Part shown: positions 46,439 through 54,888 of the stretch, one piece after another | How positions within the stretch are numbered: the first letter of the stretch is position 1 | Layout of the letters: each line of letters starts with the position of its first letter | Virus record (IMG/VR): IMGVR_UViG_3300008952_002488 | Span: 96,001 to 160,000 of that record | Source: a virus | Direction: 5' to 3' (one strand) | Length of the DNA stretch: 64,000 bases | Notes under the pieces: model-generated | Databases searched by the model: none | The model's input: the letters and a program-made list of their open reading frames with translations, nothing else | What the model was told of the DNA's origin: nothing | Made by a program: the position numbers and the translations under genes

Positions 46439-47150
46439 AGTTTTAGTAACGGGAGCAGGAAGCGGACTTGGTAAATATATTGCATCACAGATAGAATGTG
46501 TGGCAATGACACGAGAAAACTGCCAAGAGATTTTATCCAAGTACAAAACAAAGCCGTTCGATCTCATTATTCATTGTGCCTTTAATTCGACCAAAGATAC
46601 GAATGATTATTATGGATTGCTTGAGGATAATGTTTTTCTAACGAGAAGTGTATCATTGTTACCTCATCATAAATTTGTATTTTTATCCTCTATTGATGTA
46701 TATCGTGATGAAAGCAGCTTATATAAAACAACAAAATTAATGGCAGAGTCTATTGTTAAAAGGTTAACAACTAGAACTCTTATCCTTCGTTGCGGAGCTA
46801 TTCTTGGAGAAACGATGAGAAAAAACAATTTTCGAAAGATCATCGAGGACGAAAACCCAGAAGTCTCTTTATCAGGAAAATCCACTTTCAATTATATTCT
46901 ACAAGAAGATATTCTCAGTTTTATAAAGATGTCCTATATGAGCAAATATAATGGAATTGTTGACTTTGTGTCGTCGGGAAATGTTGATTTTAAGCAGGTA
47001 GCTGATCTTTTAAAGAAAGAGGTCAAGTTTGGAAAATACACCTACAAAACACCAAACCTACCTAACCAAGAGTTGGTAGAGGTTTTTCCAACGGCTGCCT
47101 TGTCGTCAGAAGATAATATTCGAAGATATTTGAGGAATAGAAATGAGTAA
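46410..47150 (+). CDS. NAD-dependent epimerase/dehydratase family protein
   Basis: TGAGSGLG, SSIDVY, YKTTK. Confidence 0.75.
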   Translation: MTDTTLSGSRVLVTGAGSGLGKYIASQIECVAMTRENCQEILSKYKTKPFDLIIHCAFNSTKDTNDYYGLLEDNVFLTRSVSLLPHHKFVFLSSIDVYRDESSLYKTTKLMAESIVKRLTTRTLILRCGAILGETMRKNNFRKIIEDENPEVSLSGKSTFNYILQEDILSFIKMSYMSKYNGIVDFVSSGNVDFKQVADLLKKEVKFGKYTYKTPNLPNQELVEVFPTAALSSEDNIRRYLRNRNE

Positions 47151-48090
47151 GAAAATACTTTTGTGCGGAGCCACTGGATTTATTGGCAGGAATCTCTTGG
47201 AACACTTTTATGGCAATCCCTTTTACAGTATTCGTGCAATTTACCACAAGAAGGAAGCACTTACTGAATATGATGTAGAGTGGTGCTATGCTGACTTGAA
47301 TAATCCACATGATGTAGAGAGGGTAATGCAAGATGTCGATATTATCCTTCAGTTTGCTGCAACCACCTCCGGAGCCAAAGATATTACAACCAAGCCCTAT
47401 ATTCATGTGACAGATAATGCTGTTATGAACTCGTTGCTGTTAAGATCTGCATACGAAAATGGAGTAGAACATTTTGTTTTCCCAAGTTGTACAGTAATGT
47501 ACCAACCAAGTGATATAGCTTTAACTGAAGAGGACTTTGATGGCAGCGATGAGATTCACTCAAAATATTTTGGCGTGGGAAACACCAAGGTTTATATCGA
47601 AAAAATGTGTGAATTTTATTCACGACTTGGAAGAACTAAGCATACGGTTTTAAGGCACTCAAATATTTATGGACCCTATGATAAATATGATTTAGAGAGA
47701 AGCCATGTCTTTGGTGCTACAGTTACAAAAGTTATGACAGCAGAAAATAAAGTGGTAATGTGGGGAACAGGAGAAGAGAAGAGAGATCTTCTTCATGTTG
47801 AGGATTTATGTAAATTCGTAGAGGCTGCCACACAAAAACAAAAAACAAGTTATGAGCTATACAACGTTGGGTTAGGGGAGGCTGTCGCCGTCCGTGATCT
47901 TGTTCAGAAAATTATTGATGCCTCTGGAAAAGATTTGGTAATTGAAAATGACTTATCTAAACCAACTATCAAAACAAGCTTGTTTTTAAACTGGAGTAAA
48001 GCGGTGCGAGAACTGGGGTGGAAACCAGAAATAAGCTTAGAAGAGGGAATTGAAAAAACTCTGAACTGGTATAAGGAAAATATAAAATGA
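47143..48090 (+). CDS. second GDP-fucose-synthase-like epimerase/reductase
   Basis: GATGFIG, SNIYGPYD, SHV, WGTGEEKRD. Confidence 0.8.
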   Translation: MSKKILLCGATGFIGRNLLEHFYGNPFYSIRAIYHKKEALTEYDVEWCYADLNNPHDVERVMQDVDIILQFAATTSGAKDITTKPYIHVTDNAVMNSLLLRSAYENGVEHFVFPSCTVMYQPSDIALTEEDFDGSDEIHSKYFGVGNTKVYIEKMCEFYSRLGRTKHTVLRHSNIYGPYDKYDLERSHVFGATVTKVMTAENKVVMWGTGEEKRDLLHVEDLCKFVEAATQKQKTSYELYNVGLGEAVAVRDLVQKIIDASGKDLVIENDLSKPTIKTSLFLNWSKAVRELGWKPEISLEEGIEKTLNWYKENIK

Positions 48091-49097
48091 CCAAACGTGC
48101 CCTGGTAACTGGTATAACAGGAATGGTTGGCTCGCATTTGGCGGACTTTCTTTTAGAAAATACAGACTGGGACATTTATGGCTTTTGCCGCTGGAACGAC
48201 AACTTTGAGAATTTAGAACATCTATTTGGGAGAATAAATTCCAAAGATAGGGTCCAACTTATATACGGCGACCTTAACGATCTTCCCTCTTTGTTGACGA
48301 CTGTCGAAAACAGTGACCCGGATTATGTTTTTCATCTTGCGGCACAAAGCTATCCGAGGACAAGTTTCGACGCCCCTCTTGAAACATTTGAGACAAACAT
48401 TCTTGGAACTGCAAAACTTTTGGAAGCCATAAGGGTTCTGAAGAAAAAACCAGTTATCCATGTTTGTGCTTCGTCGGAAGTTTTTGGGAGAGTACCAAAA
48501 GAATTTTTACCAATACACGAAGAAGTCAAATTTCACCCAGCGTCCCCGTATGCTATTTCCAAGGTTGGTACAGATCTTGTTGGTAGATTCTATGCGGAGG
48601 CTTACGGATTAACTGTTATGACAACTAGAATGTTTACTCACACAGGACCACGCCGTGGAGATGTTTTCGCAGAGTCAACCTTTGCTAAACAGATTGCGAT
48701 GATTGAAGCAGGAATGTTGCCACCTGTTCTAAAAGTAGGAAACCTTGATTCTCTAAGAACTTGGTCTGATGTTAGAGATGCAGTAAGGGCTTACTATATG
48801 CTTGTTACAAAAAATCCAATAGCGGGGGAATATTACAACATTGGAGGGACTTTTAGCTGCACCGTAAAGGAGATGCTTGATTACCTCTTATCTCAGTCAA
48901 CAGTGAAAAATATTAAGGTTGAGGTTGACCCTGATAGATTGAGACCAATCGACGCAGACCTACAGGTTCCCGATGCAACCAAATTTAAATCCCACACAGG
49001 CTGGTGCCCTGAAATCTCATTTGAAAAAACTATGAATGATTTGCTTAATTATTGGCGAGAAAGAGTGCAAAATGGTAGGGAGTTTTTGGCGAGGTAA
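48087..49097 (+). CDS. gmd: GDP-mannose 4,6-dehydratase family protein
   Basis: ALVTGITG, HLAAQS, ASSEVFG, PASPYAISK, GNLDSLR, LRPID. Confidence 0.8.
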   Translation: MTKRALVTGITGMVGSHLADFLLENTDWDIYGFCRWNDNFENLEHLFGRINSKDRVQLIYGDLNDLPSLLTTVENSDPDYVFHLAAQSYPRTSFDAPLETFETNILGTAKLLEAIRVLKKKPVIHVCASSEVFGRVPKEFLPIHEEVKFHPASPYAISKVGTDLVGRFYAEAYGLTVMTTRMFTHTGPRRGDVFAESTFAKQIAMIEAGMLPPVLKVGNLDSLRTWSDVRDAVRAYYMLVTKNPIAGEYYNIGGTFSCTVKEMLDYLLSQSTVKNIKVEVDPDRLRPIDADLQVPDATKFKSHTGWCPEISFEKTMNDLLNYWRERVQNGREFLAR

Positions 49098-49843
49098 TGT
49101 CTAAGAAGGTTTTGATAATAGGCGAAAGCTGCAAAGATATATTTAACTATGGTAACTGCGACAGGTTATGCCCCGACGCACCTGTTCCTGTTTTCAACGG
49201 AATCAACACAGTAGAGACTAACGGTATGGCGATGAATGTTGCTCAAAATATCACATCTCTAGGGGTAGCGGTTGATATTCTCACGAACGATGGTTGGGAA
49301 AAATCTAAAAAAAGTCGTTATATTGATGACAAAACCAACCAAATGCTCCTCCGCATAGATGAAAATGACGAAGTTTCCCAACCTTTTGACGCATTTTTGC
49401 TAAAAGAAGAGGCGATAAGAGAATATGACGCAGTAATCATATCTGACTACTGTAAGGGGTTTTTGACGGAAAAATCAATGAAACAAATATCTCTTCTCAA
49501 CCAGAATGTGTTTCTGGATACTAAGAGATTGTTGGGACCCTGGTGTGATAATATAGAATTTATAAAGATAAACTACTATGAGCATAATCGGACAAAACAC
49601 TTACTTAACCAAAACATATATGACAAGTTGATTATTACGCTCGGCTCTGAAGGATGTAAATATCGTGACGAAGTATTTCCTGTTCCAAAGGTGGAAATCA
49701 AAGACTCTTCAGGTGGTGGTGATACATTTATAGCAGGACTTGTGGCAAAATATTTGGAAACAAACGATATTAAGGAAGCTATCAAGTTCGCCAATGAGTG
49801 TGCTACAAAAGTTGTCCAAAAGAGGGGTGTAAGTATCGTATGA
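49097..49843 (+). CDS. hldA: HldE kinase domain (PfkB/ribokinase family)
   Basis: RLCPDAPVPV, ISDYCKG, DSSGGGDTF. Confidence 0.8.
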   Translation: MSKKVLIIGESCKDIFNYGNCDRLCPDAPVPVFNGINTVETNGMAMNVAQNITSLGVAVDILTNDGWEKSKKSRYIDDKTNQMLLRIDENDEVSQPFDAFLLKEEAIREYDAVIISDYCKGFLTEKSMKQISLLNQNVFLDTKRLLGPWCDNIEFIKINYYEHNRTKHLLNQNIYDKLIITLGSEGCKYRDEVFPVPKVEIKDSSGGGDTFIAGLVAKYLETNDIKEAIKFANECATKVVQKRGVSIV

Positions 49844-50235
49844 CTACAGTTTGGACAAATGGGTGCTTTGATGTTTTACATAGAGGGCACATTGAGATGT
49901 TTAAATATGCAAAATCTCTTGGAGATACGCTGATTGTTGGAATTGATACTGATGAAAAAGTCAAAGCTGTAAAGGGTAATGACCGACCTTTTAACAGCTT
50001 GGGGGATAGAATGTTTTTAGTATCTTCCATAAGGTATGTTGACGAAGTATATGATTTTGGGTCTAGAAAAGAATTAGAGAACTTAATAAAATTAACAAAA
50101 CCTGATATTCTAGTTGTAGGATCTGACTGGAGAGGCAAAGAGGTTGTCGGCAGTCAGTATGCAGGCAGGGTTGATTTCTTTGACAGGATCGGCAATTATT
50201 CTACCACAAAAATACTGGAGAAACAGAAATTTTAG
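49840..50235 (+). CDS. hldC: HldE adenylyltransferase domain
   Basis: TNGCFDVLHRGH, KGNDRP, GSDW, YSTT; start re-called to ATG 49840. Confidence 0.85.
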   Translation: MTTVWTNGCFDVLHRGHIEMFKYAKSLGDTLIVGIDTDEKVKAVKGNDRPFNSLGDRMFLVSSIRYVDEVYDFGSRKELENLIKLTKPDILVVGSDWRGKEVVGSQYAGRVDFFDRIGNYSTTKILEKQKF

Positions 50236-50534
50236 TTTACGTTGACATAGATGATACAATATGTACTTATGAGGGGGAAAGACATTATCCCTCTGCGATA
50301 CCGATCATGAAGAACATCGAAAAGATAAACCAAATGTACGATAGTGGTGATACTATTGTGTACTGGACGGCTCGTGGCGGGACAACGGGAATAGATTGGA
50401 CAGCCCTCACGCACGAGCAACTTAATGTGTGGGGAGCCAAATACCACGAAATAAAAATGTGGAAGCCTCCCTATGATATTTTTATATGTGACAAGGCTGT
50501 AAATACAGCAGATTTCTTTAAAGAAGGAGAATAA
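50229..50534 (+). CDS. small HAD phosphatase (DxD-T motif), apparent ATT start
   Basis: In-frame upstream of the track ATG lies ILVYVDIDDTIC; also WTARG, KP and ICDKA motifs; GGAG sits 8 nt before ATT 50229. Confidence 0.7.
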   Translation: MLVYVDIDDTICTYEGERHYPSAIPIMKNIEKINQMYDSGDTIVYWTARGGTTGIDWTALTHEQLNVWGAKYHEIKMWKPPYDIFICDKAVNTADFFKEGE

Positions 50535-50535
50535 A

Positions 50536-50742
50536 ATGAAACTTTCGAAACAAGCAGTTGGAGCACTTCTAATGACATTACAAAAATGTCTGGCGGAAGA
50601 AACCGACATAACTGAACTTTTGGCAAATTGGGACTTGTCCCTGAAGGGTGATGAATTATATGTAGACAATCCGCCACCTGTATATACCCCCCATACAGAC
50701 ACTGAAGCTGGAACTGAAAAAAGAGTTTTCGAGACAGAATAG
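50536..50742 (+). CDS. hypothetical protein
   Basis: AAGGAG SD; tightly packed with neighbours. Confidence 0.6.
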   Translation: MKLSKQAVGALLMTLQKCLAEETDITELLANWDLSLKGDELYVDNPPPVYTPHTDTEAGTEKRVFETE

Positions 50743-50999
50743 TGCCTACCTATTGTTATAAGTGTCAAAGCTGTGATGCGATTTTAGAATTTCGTCATTC
50801 CTACAAAGAGCTAAAAACAGATTGCACAGAGTGTAAAAAGCCAACGCTAATTAAAATACTGAACACTCCTGTGAAAATATTGTCTAAAAAAACCAACAAC
50901 CAGACAAAGACAGGTGCAGTTGTCCATACAACAATAGAAGAAATAAAAAACGAAATCAAACAAGAAAAAGAAAAGCTGAAGAAAAGAGAGAACAAATGA
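50742..50999 (+). CDS. FmdB-family zinc-ribbon protein
   Basis: MPTYCYKCQSC...CTEC...LIKIL. Confidence 0.75.
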   Translation: MPTYCYKCQSCDAILEFRHSYKELKTDCTECKKPTLIKILNTPVKILSKKTNNQTKTGAVVHTTIEEIKNEIKQEKEKLKKRENK

Positions 51000-51313
51000 T
51001 GGTCTGGATTTTAGCACTCTTGTTTGTTGCGTCTTTTGCGTGTTTTCTATTAATGGTTTGGTACGCCTCGCAACTTCTACAAAGGTTCAGATATATTAGC
51101 GAAAATAGTTCTAGTTTACTAGAGATCATTAAAAATTATAAAGATCATTTGCAAAAGGTTTACGACCTACCGATGTTTTACGGCGATGACACCCTGCGAG
51201 GATTACTACAACATACAAAAGATTTAGCTCAAGACTTAGACGATCTTAGCGAAATATTTTATTTGGGTGAAGAAAATAGAGGAGAAAAAATACATGAAGA
51301 AACCGAAGGGTAA
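50996..51313 (+). CDS. membrane-anchored hypothetical protein
   Basis: N-terminal TM helix; MFYGDDTL motif. Confidence 0.6.
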   Translation: MMVWILALLFVASFACFLLMVWYASQLLQRFRYISENSSSLLEIIKNYKDHLQKVYDLPMFYGDDTLRGLLQHTKDLAQDLDDLSEIFYLGEENRGEKIHEETEG

Positions 51314-51974
51314 ACATTATTTCACTTCGGAAACAGAACAGGCAATAGTCAATTATTGCGCTACCGAGTGCCATACTATACGGACGGATTTGTATGTAAA
51401 ACATATCCAGCCGGCGTTTAACGAAATGGTTGATAAAATTGTTTACACCTATAAATTTACTTCCTTGAGTAATATAGACAGCTTAAAGGATGATTGTAAA
51501 ATTTGGCTCACAACAATTCTCGGCAAATTTAATCCGAACAAGGGCACCAAAGCCTTTTCATATTTTTCTGTTGTAACAAAAAACTGGTTTACACACAAGG
51601 CAAAAAAACAAAACATAAAAAACAAAAGAGAAATAAATTATGATGAAATGTATCGAGAGGTTGAGGCGATTGGAACCTCTGATAGCGATTTTTTGGACGA
51701 CCAAGAAGAGAAGCAATTTTGGTCGTTGCTTTTGACCGAGGTTGAAAACTGGCAAAACCTTAAATTAAAAGAGAATGAAAAAAAGGTTTTAGATGCTGTT
51801 TTGTTACTAATGGAAAACATTGAGCAAATAGAAATCTTTAATAAAAAAGCAATATACTTATATCTCCGAGAAATTACGGGACTCAATACCAAGCAAATTG
51901 TAAGCTGCTTGAATAAAATGAGGTCAAGATATAAGATATTTAGAGAAAAATGGGATAGCGGAGAAATTATGTGA
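51294..51974 (+). CDS. phage late sigma factor (gp55-like, sigma70 region 2)
   Basis: HYF..., KFNPNKGTKAFSYFSVVTKNWF region-2 motif; start re-called to ATG 51294. Confidence 0.7.
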   Translation: MKKPKGKHYFTSETEQAIVNYCATECHTIRTDLYVKHIQPAFNEMVDKIVYTYKFTSLSNIDSLKDDCKIWLTTILGKFNPNKGTKAFSYFSVVTKNWFTHKAKKQNIKNKREINYDEMYREVEAIGTSDSDFLDDQEEKQFWSLLLTEVENWQNLKLKENEKKVLDAVLLLMENIEQIEIFNKKAIYLYLREITGLNTKQIVSCLNKMRSRYKIFREKWDSGEIM

Positions 51975-52008
51975 GAACCTATTTATTTATACTTAACGAG
52001 GACAAAGT

Positions 52009-52305
52009 ATGAAAAAGGATCTCAACTCTCTTATCGAGCAAGCCCTAGATAATATAAATAACGACCGACAGACAACAGAAATTCTTCTGAGTCAACTTCG
52101 GGAATACATGGCTGTTCCGGGTAACCAAGATCGTTATTCGGATTCCGGGCCTATTGCTGCAAAATTTGTCGAAACACTACAAAGAAGTAATGAACAACTG
52201 GTCAAGTTAGCCACCTTGGTTCACAAAAAAGAAGCACTTAAATCAAATGATGGGTTATCCGATTCAGATAAAGCGGAATTGTTTGACTTAATAAAAGATA
52301 AATAA
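52009..52305 (+). CDS. helical hypothetical protein
   Basis: GAGG SD; CCTATTTAT upstream. Confidence 0.6.
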   Translation: MKKDLNSLIEQALDNINNDRQTTEILLSQLREYMAVPGNQDRYSDSGPIAAKFVETLQRSNEQLVKLATLVHKKEALKSNDGLSDSDKAELFDLIKDK

Positions 52306-52315
52306 GGCATACAAA

Positions 52316-53881
52316 ATGACAAGAAAAATCAACGGAAAAAAGAAACCAGCAGATTTTAGCGTATCTAGACCTTCATATAAAAAAAGAAAGCCATCTTTCC
52401 AACCGGGCATGTCAACCCGTGAAGATCAAATATCACAACAGATCCGAAAACAATTTTCTTCCACAGCAGATAAAGAACAAGCGTTTTATTACGCAGAGGT
52501 GCTTAGGATTGATTCGCAAGCCAATGCAAATTCGAGATCTAAAAAATCATGGGATTGGTTTAAGTGGTATGAAAAAAACCCGGTCAGGGTAAGAGCAAGA
52601 ATAAAAGATTCAGAATTGGCGGCCGCTCATCCGTTCCCGAGACCAAAAGACGAGAACGACCAACATCTTATTAATCTTCATCCCGAATTTGTAGGATTTT
52701 TAGATGATATCGGAGGCACCGAGCCAAAGGTTGGCGACATAATAAAGGTCAGCTTTAAGAATCCTGATATTAAGTCCAAAATTATCGGCAATGGTATAAT
52801 TGTTGCGCTTGGAGAGTCTGTAACAAAAGTTGTTGAGGGAACCGAAGGAGCCATCGCAGCAAGAGAAGCTGCTGTTCGTTCTCATTTTAGTAAAGCGGGT
52901 GTTACGGACAGGCTTTCCGCATGTGAAAGCCTAAAGAAAAGTGTTGAGACTACAGTAAAGCCATCTTTTGGCGGACTGATCAAAGGATTACTTGATGATT
53001 TAACACAGGGATCTAATAATCCTAGACAATTAAACAACCCGACAGATGACCAGGGAATCGACCCTGTTACAAGACAACCAGCAGGAGACACCAGTGCTCC
53101 TTCTAGACCGACAGCGAAAGATAGAGATCCCGCTCCACCGGGCCCAAATTTGGTAGGACATCCCCCCTTCGCCGCCGCCCCTCGTGGATCTAATTCAACA
53201 CCGTCTTCGTGTGTTGAGTGCGACGTAATTTATACGAACAGAGATTTTACTGGCGGTGACGGCGAAGCCGGAGCATCTGGAAAAAAACAACCAAAACAAA
53301 AAAAATCCTCCGAACCAGATAGTACTGCTAAAATGGCACAACCTCAGTCCATTCCAAAGACAGGACACAGACTCACAGATCAATTGATCAAACAGTTACA
53401 CCCAGATATCAGAAAACAAACGGCAGATTTTATTAGAGATGCTCGCAGTCGTGGCTATAATATTAAGATTACTGCTACATATAGGACATTTCCCGAACAA
53501 GACCAAATGCGTAGGCGAGGTGTTTCTAAAGCCAGGGGCGGTCAAAGTTATCACAATTACGGAATAGCGTTCGATGTGGTAGAAAACCCTCAGCGTGGAA
53601 TTCCATTCGGGTTTGATGAGCGGTACCCCAAGAAACGATGGCATGATATTGGTAGAATGGGCAAGGAACATGGCTTTGAGTGGGGGGGTGAATTTCGAGG
53701 TTTCTTTGACGGACCCCACTTTCAGATTGGAGTCACAAGGACTAGGGACATGTACCGACGAGTTATGGCAGGCAAGACTGTTGAAGATCCGAAACAAGCC
53801 AAAGTGGGTCCTTTTGATCCGTCTAGACCCAGCGGACCCAGAAATTATATTTATCCAGACTTAGATGGAATAAGAAGATAA
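52316..53881 (+). CDS. baseplate hub gp5-like protein with C-terminal M15 (L-Ala-D-Glu-type) peptidase
   Basis: N-terminal OB-like VRVRARI...PKVGDIIKV; TYRT..EQ, SYHNYGIAFD, WGG, DGPHFQ. Confidence 0.75.
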   Translation: MTRKINGKKKPADFSVSRPSYKKRKPSFQPGMSTREDQISQQIRKQFSSTADKEQAFYYAEVLRIDSQANANSRSKKSWDWFKWYEKNPVRVRARIKDSELAAAHPFPRPKDENDQHLINLHPEFVGFLDDIGGTEPKVGDIIKVSFKNPDIKSKIIGNGIIVALGESVTKVVEGTEGAIAAREAAVRSHFSKAGVTDRLSACESLKKSVETTVKPSFGGLIKGLLDDLTQGSNNPRQLNNPTDDQGIDPVTRQPAGDTSAPSRPTAKDRDPAPPGPNLVGHPPFAAAPRGSNSTPSSCVECDVIYTNRDFTGGDGEAGASGKKQPKQKKSSEPDSTAKMAQPQSIPKTGHRLTDQLIKQLHPDIRKQTADFIRDARSRGYNIKITATYRTFPEQDQMRRRGVSKARGGQSYHNYGIAFDVVENPQRGIPFGFDERYPKKRWHDIGRMGKEHGFEWGGEFRGFFDGPHFQIGVTRTRDMYRRVMAGKTVEDPKQAKVGPFDPSRPSGPRNYIYPDLDGIRR

Positions 53882-53893
53882 GAGGAAAGCACC

Positions 53894-54877
53894 ATGGTTC
53901 TTAAAAAAGACGTTGAAAGAGTAGGGATGAAGAAAGCAGACAAAAAACGTCTTGCAGAAATATCTCATAAAGAAAAAAAGTGGCTGAACGACGGAATTTT
54001 TAATGACTATATGGCAGAAGCCCATCCAAAATACAATAAAACAATCCCAGAAAGGGTAATCCAAGGGAAGAACAATCAATTCATAATTATAGGACGTGAT
54101 CGACCCCGAGGACCAGCAAGCGGTTACGGTGGCGCAGGTCATTCCCACGCTGCCTGTATTGATATTATCGCCGGCATGGGAGGACCTTTAGCAAGAGAAG
54201 AAGACCCAGAAACAGGGGTCATGGTTACAACCGACAAAGATCCGTTTTTGGATTCTGCCAGAATTTATATTTCTCAACGAGCCGACATTGACAAGTATTT
54301 TAAACTTCCAGAAGGAGTGGTAGGTAATGAGCCGGCAAAATCTGCCGTTGCTGTTAAAGCCGACGGAGTTAGAATTATTGCTCGTGACGGAATAAAACTT
54401 GTTACAGGAACAGACACCTACGACTCTAGGGGTGTTCGAATTGGAATACAATCTGGGATTGACTTAATCGCTGGAAACAGTGATGAAGACCTTCAGCCCT
54501 TGGTCAAGGGTAATAATCTGTGCCATGCTTTGGCTGATTTATCAAAACTTGTTAACGAAGTTAGTGACAATGTTGGATTTATATCAAGAACCATGATAGC
54601 CTTTTGTTCGGCCCTGGCTGCACACTTCCATATTTCGTCCCCTACGGGAGGACCAACTGCCCCTGATTTTATAATTTGTGCGCCAGCCTGCGCCTCCGCC
54701 GCCGGAGCCTTTGGTTTCGCTGCCGGAAAAGCTCTAATGACAAGTAAAAATACGGTAGGATGGAATTTTACTTATGTAGACCCAGACGATGGAATCCCTG
54801 GCATACAGAAAGTTAAAAAAGGAGCAAGAGGATTTGGTGCAAAATACATCCTCAGTGTGCATAATAACACCAACTAA
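53894..54877 (+). CDS. baseplate spike (gp5-C/gpV-like)
   Basis: Beta-strand repeats, QPLVKG and HFH...GGPT tip motif; position before gp25 and gp6. Confidence 0.65.
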   Translation: MVLKKDVERVGMKKADKKRLAEISHKEKKWLNDGIFNDYMAEAHPKYNKTIPERVIQGKNNQFIIIGRDRPRGPASGYGGAGHSHAACIDIIAGMGGPLAREEDPETGVMVTTDKDPFLDSARIYISQRADIDKYFKLPEGVVGNEPAKSAVAVKADGVRIIARDGIKLVTGTDTYDSRGVRIGIQSGIDLIAGNSDEDLQPLVKGNNLCHALADLSKLVNEVSDNVGFISRTMIAFCSALAAHFHISSPTGGPTAPDFIICAPACASAAGAFGFAAGKALMTSKNTVGWNFTYVDPDDGIPGIQKVKKGARGFGAKYILSVHNNTN

Positions 54878-54888
54878 GTATTTATCTT

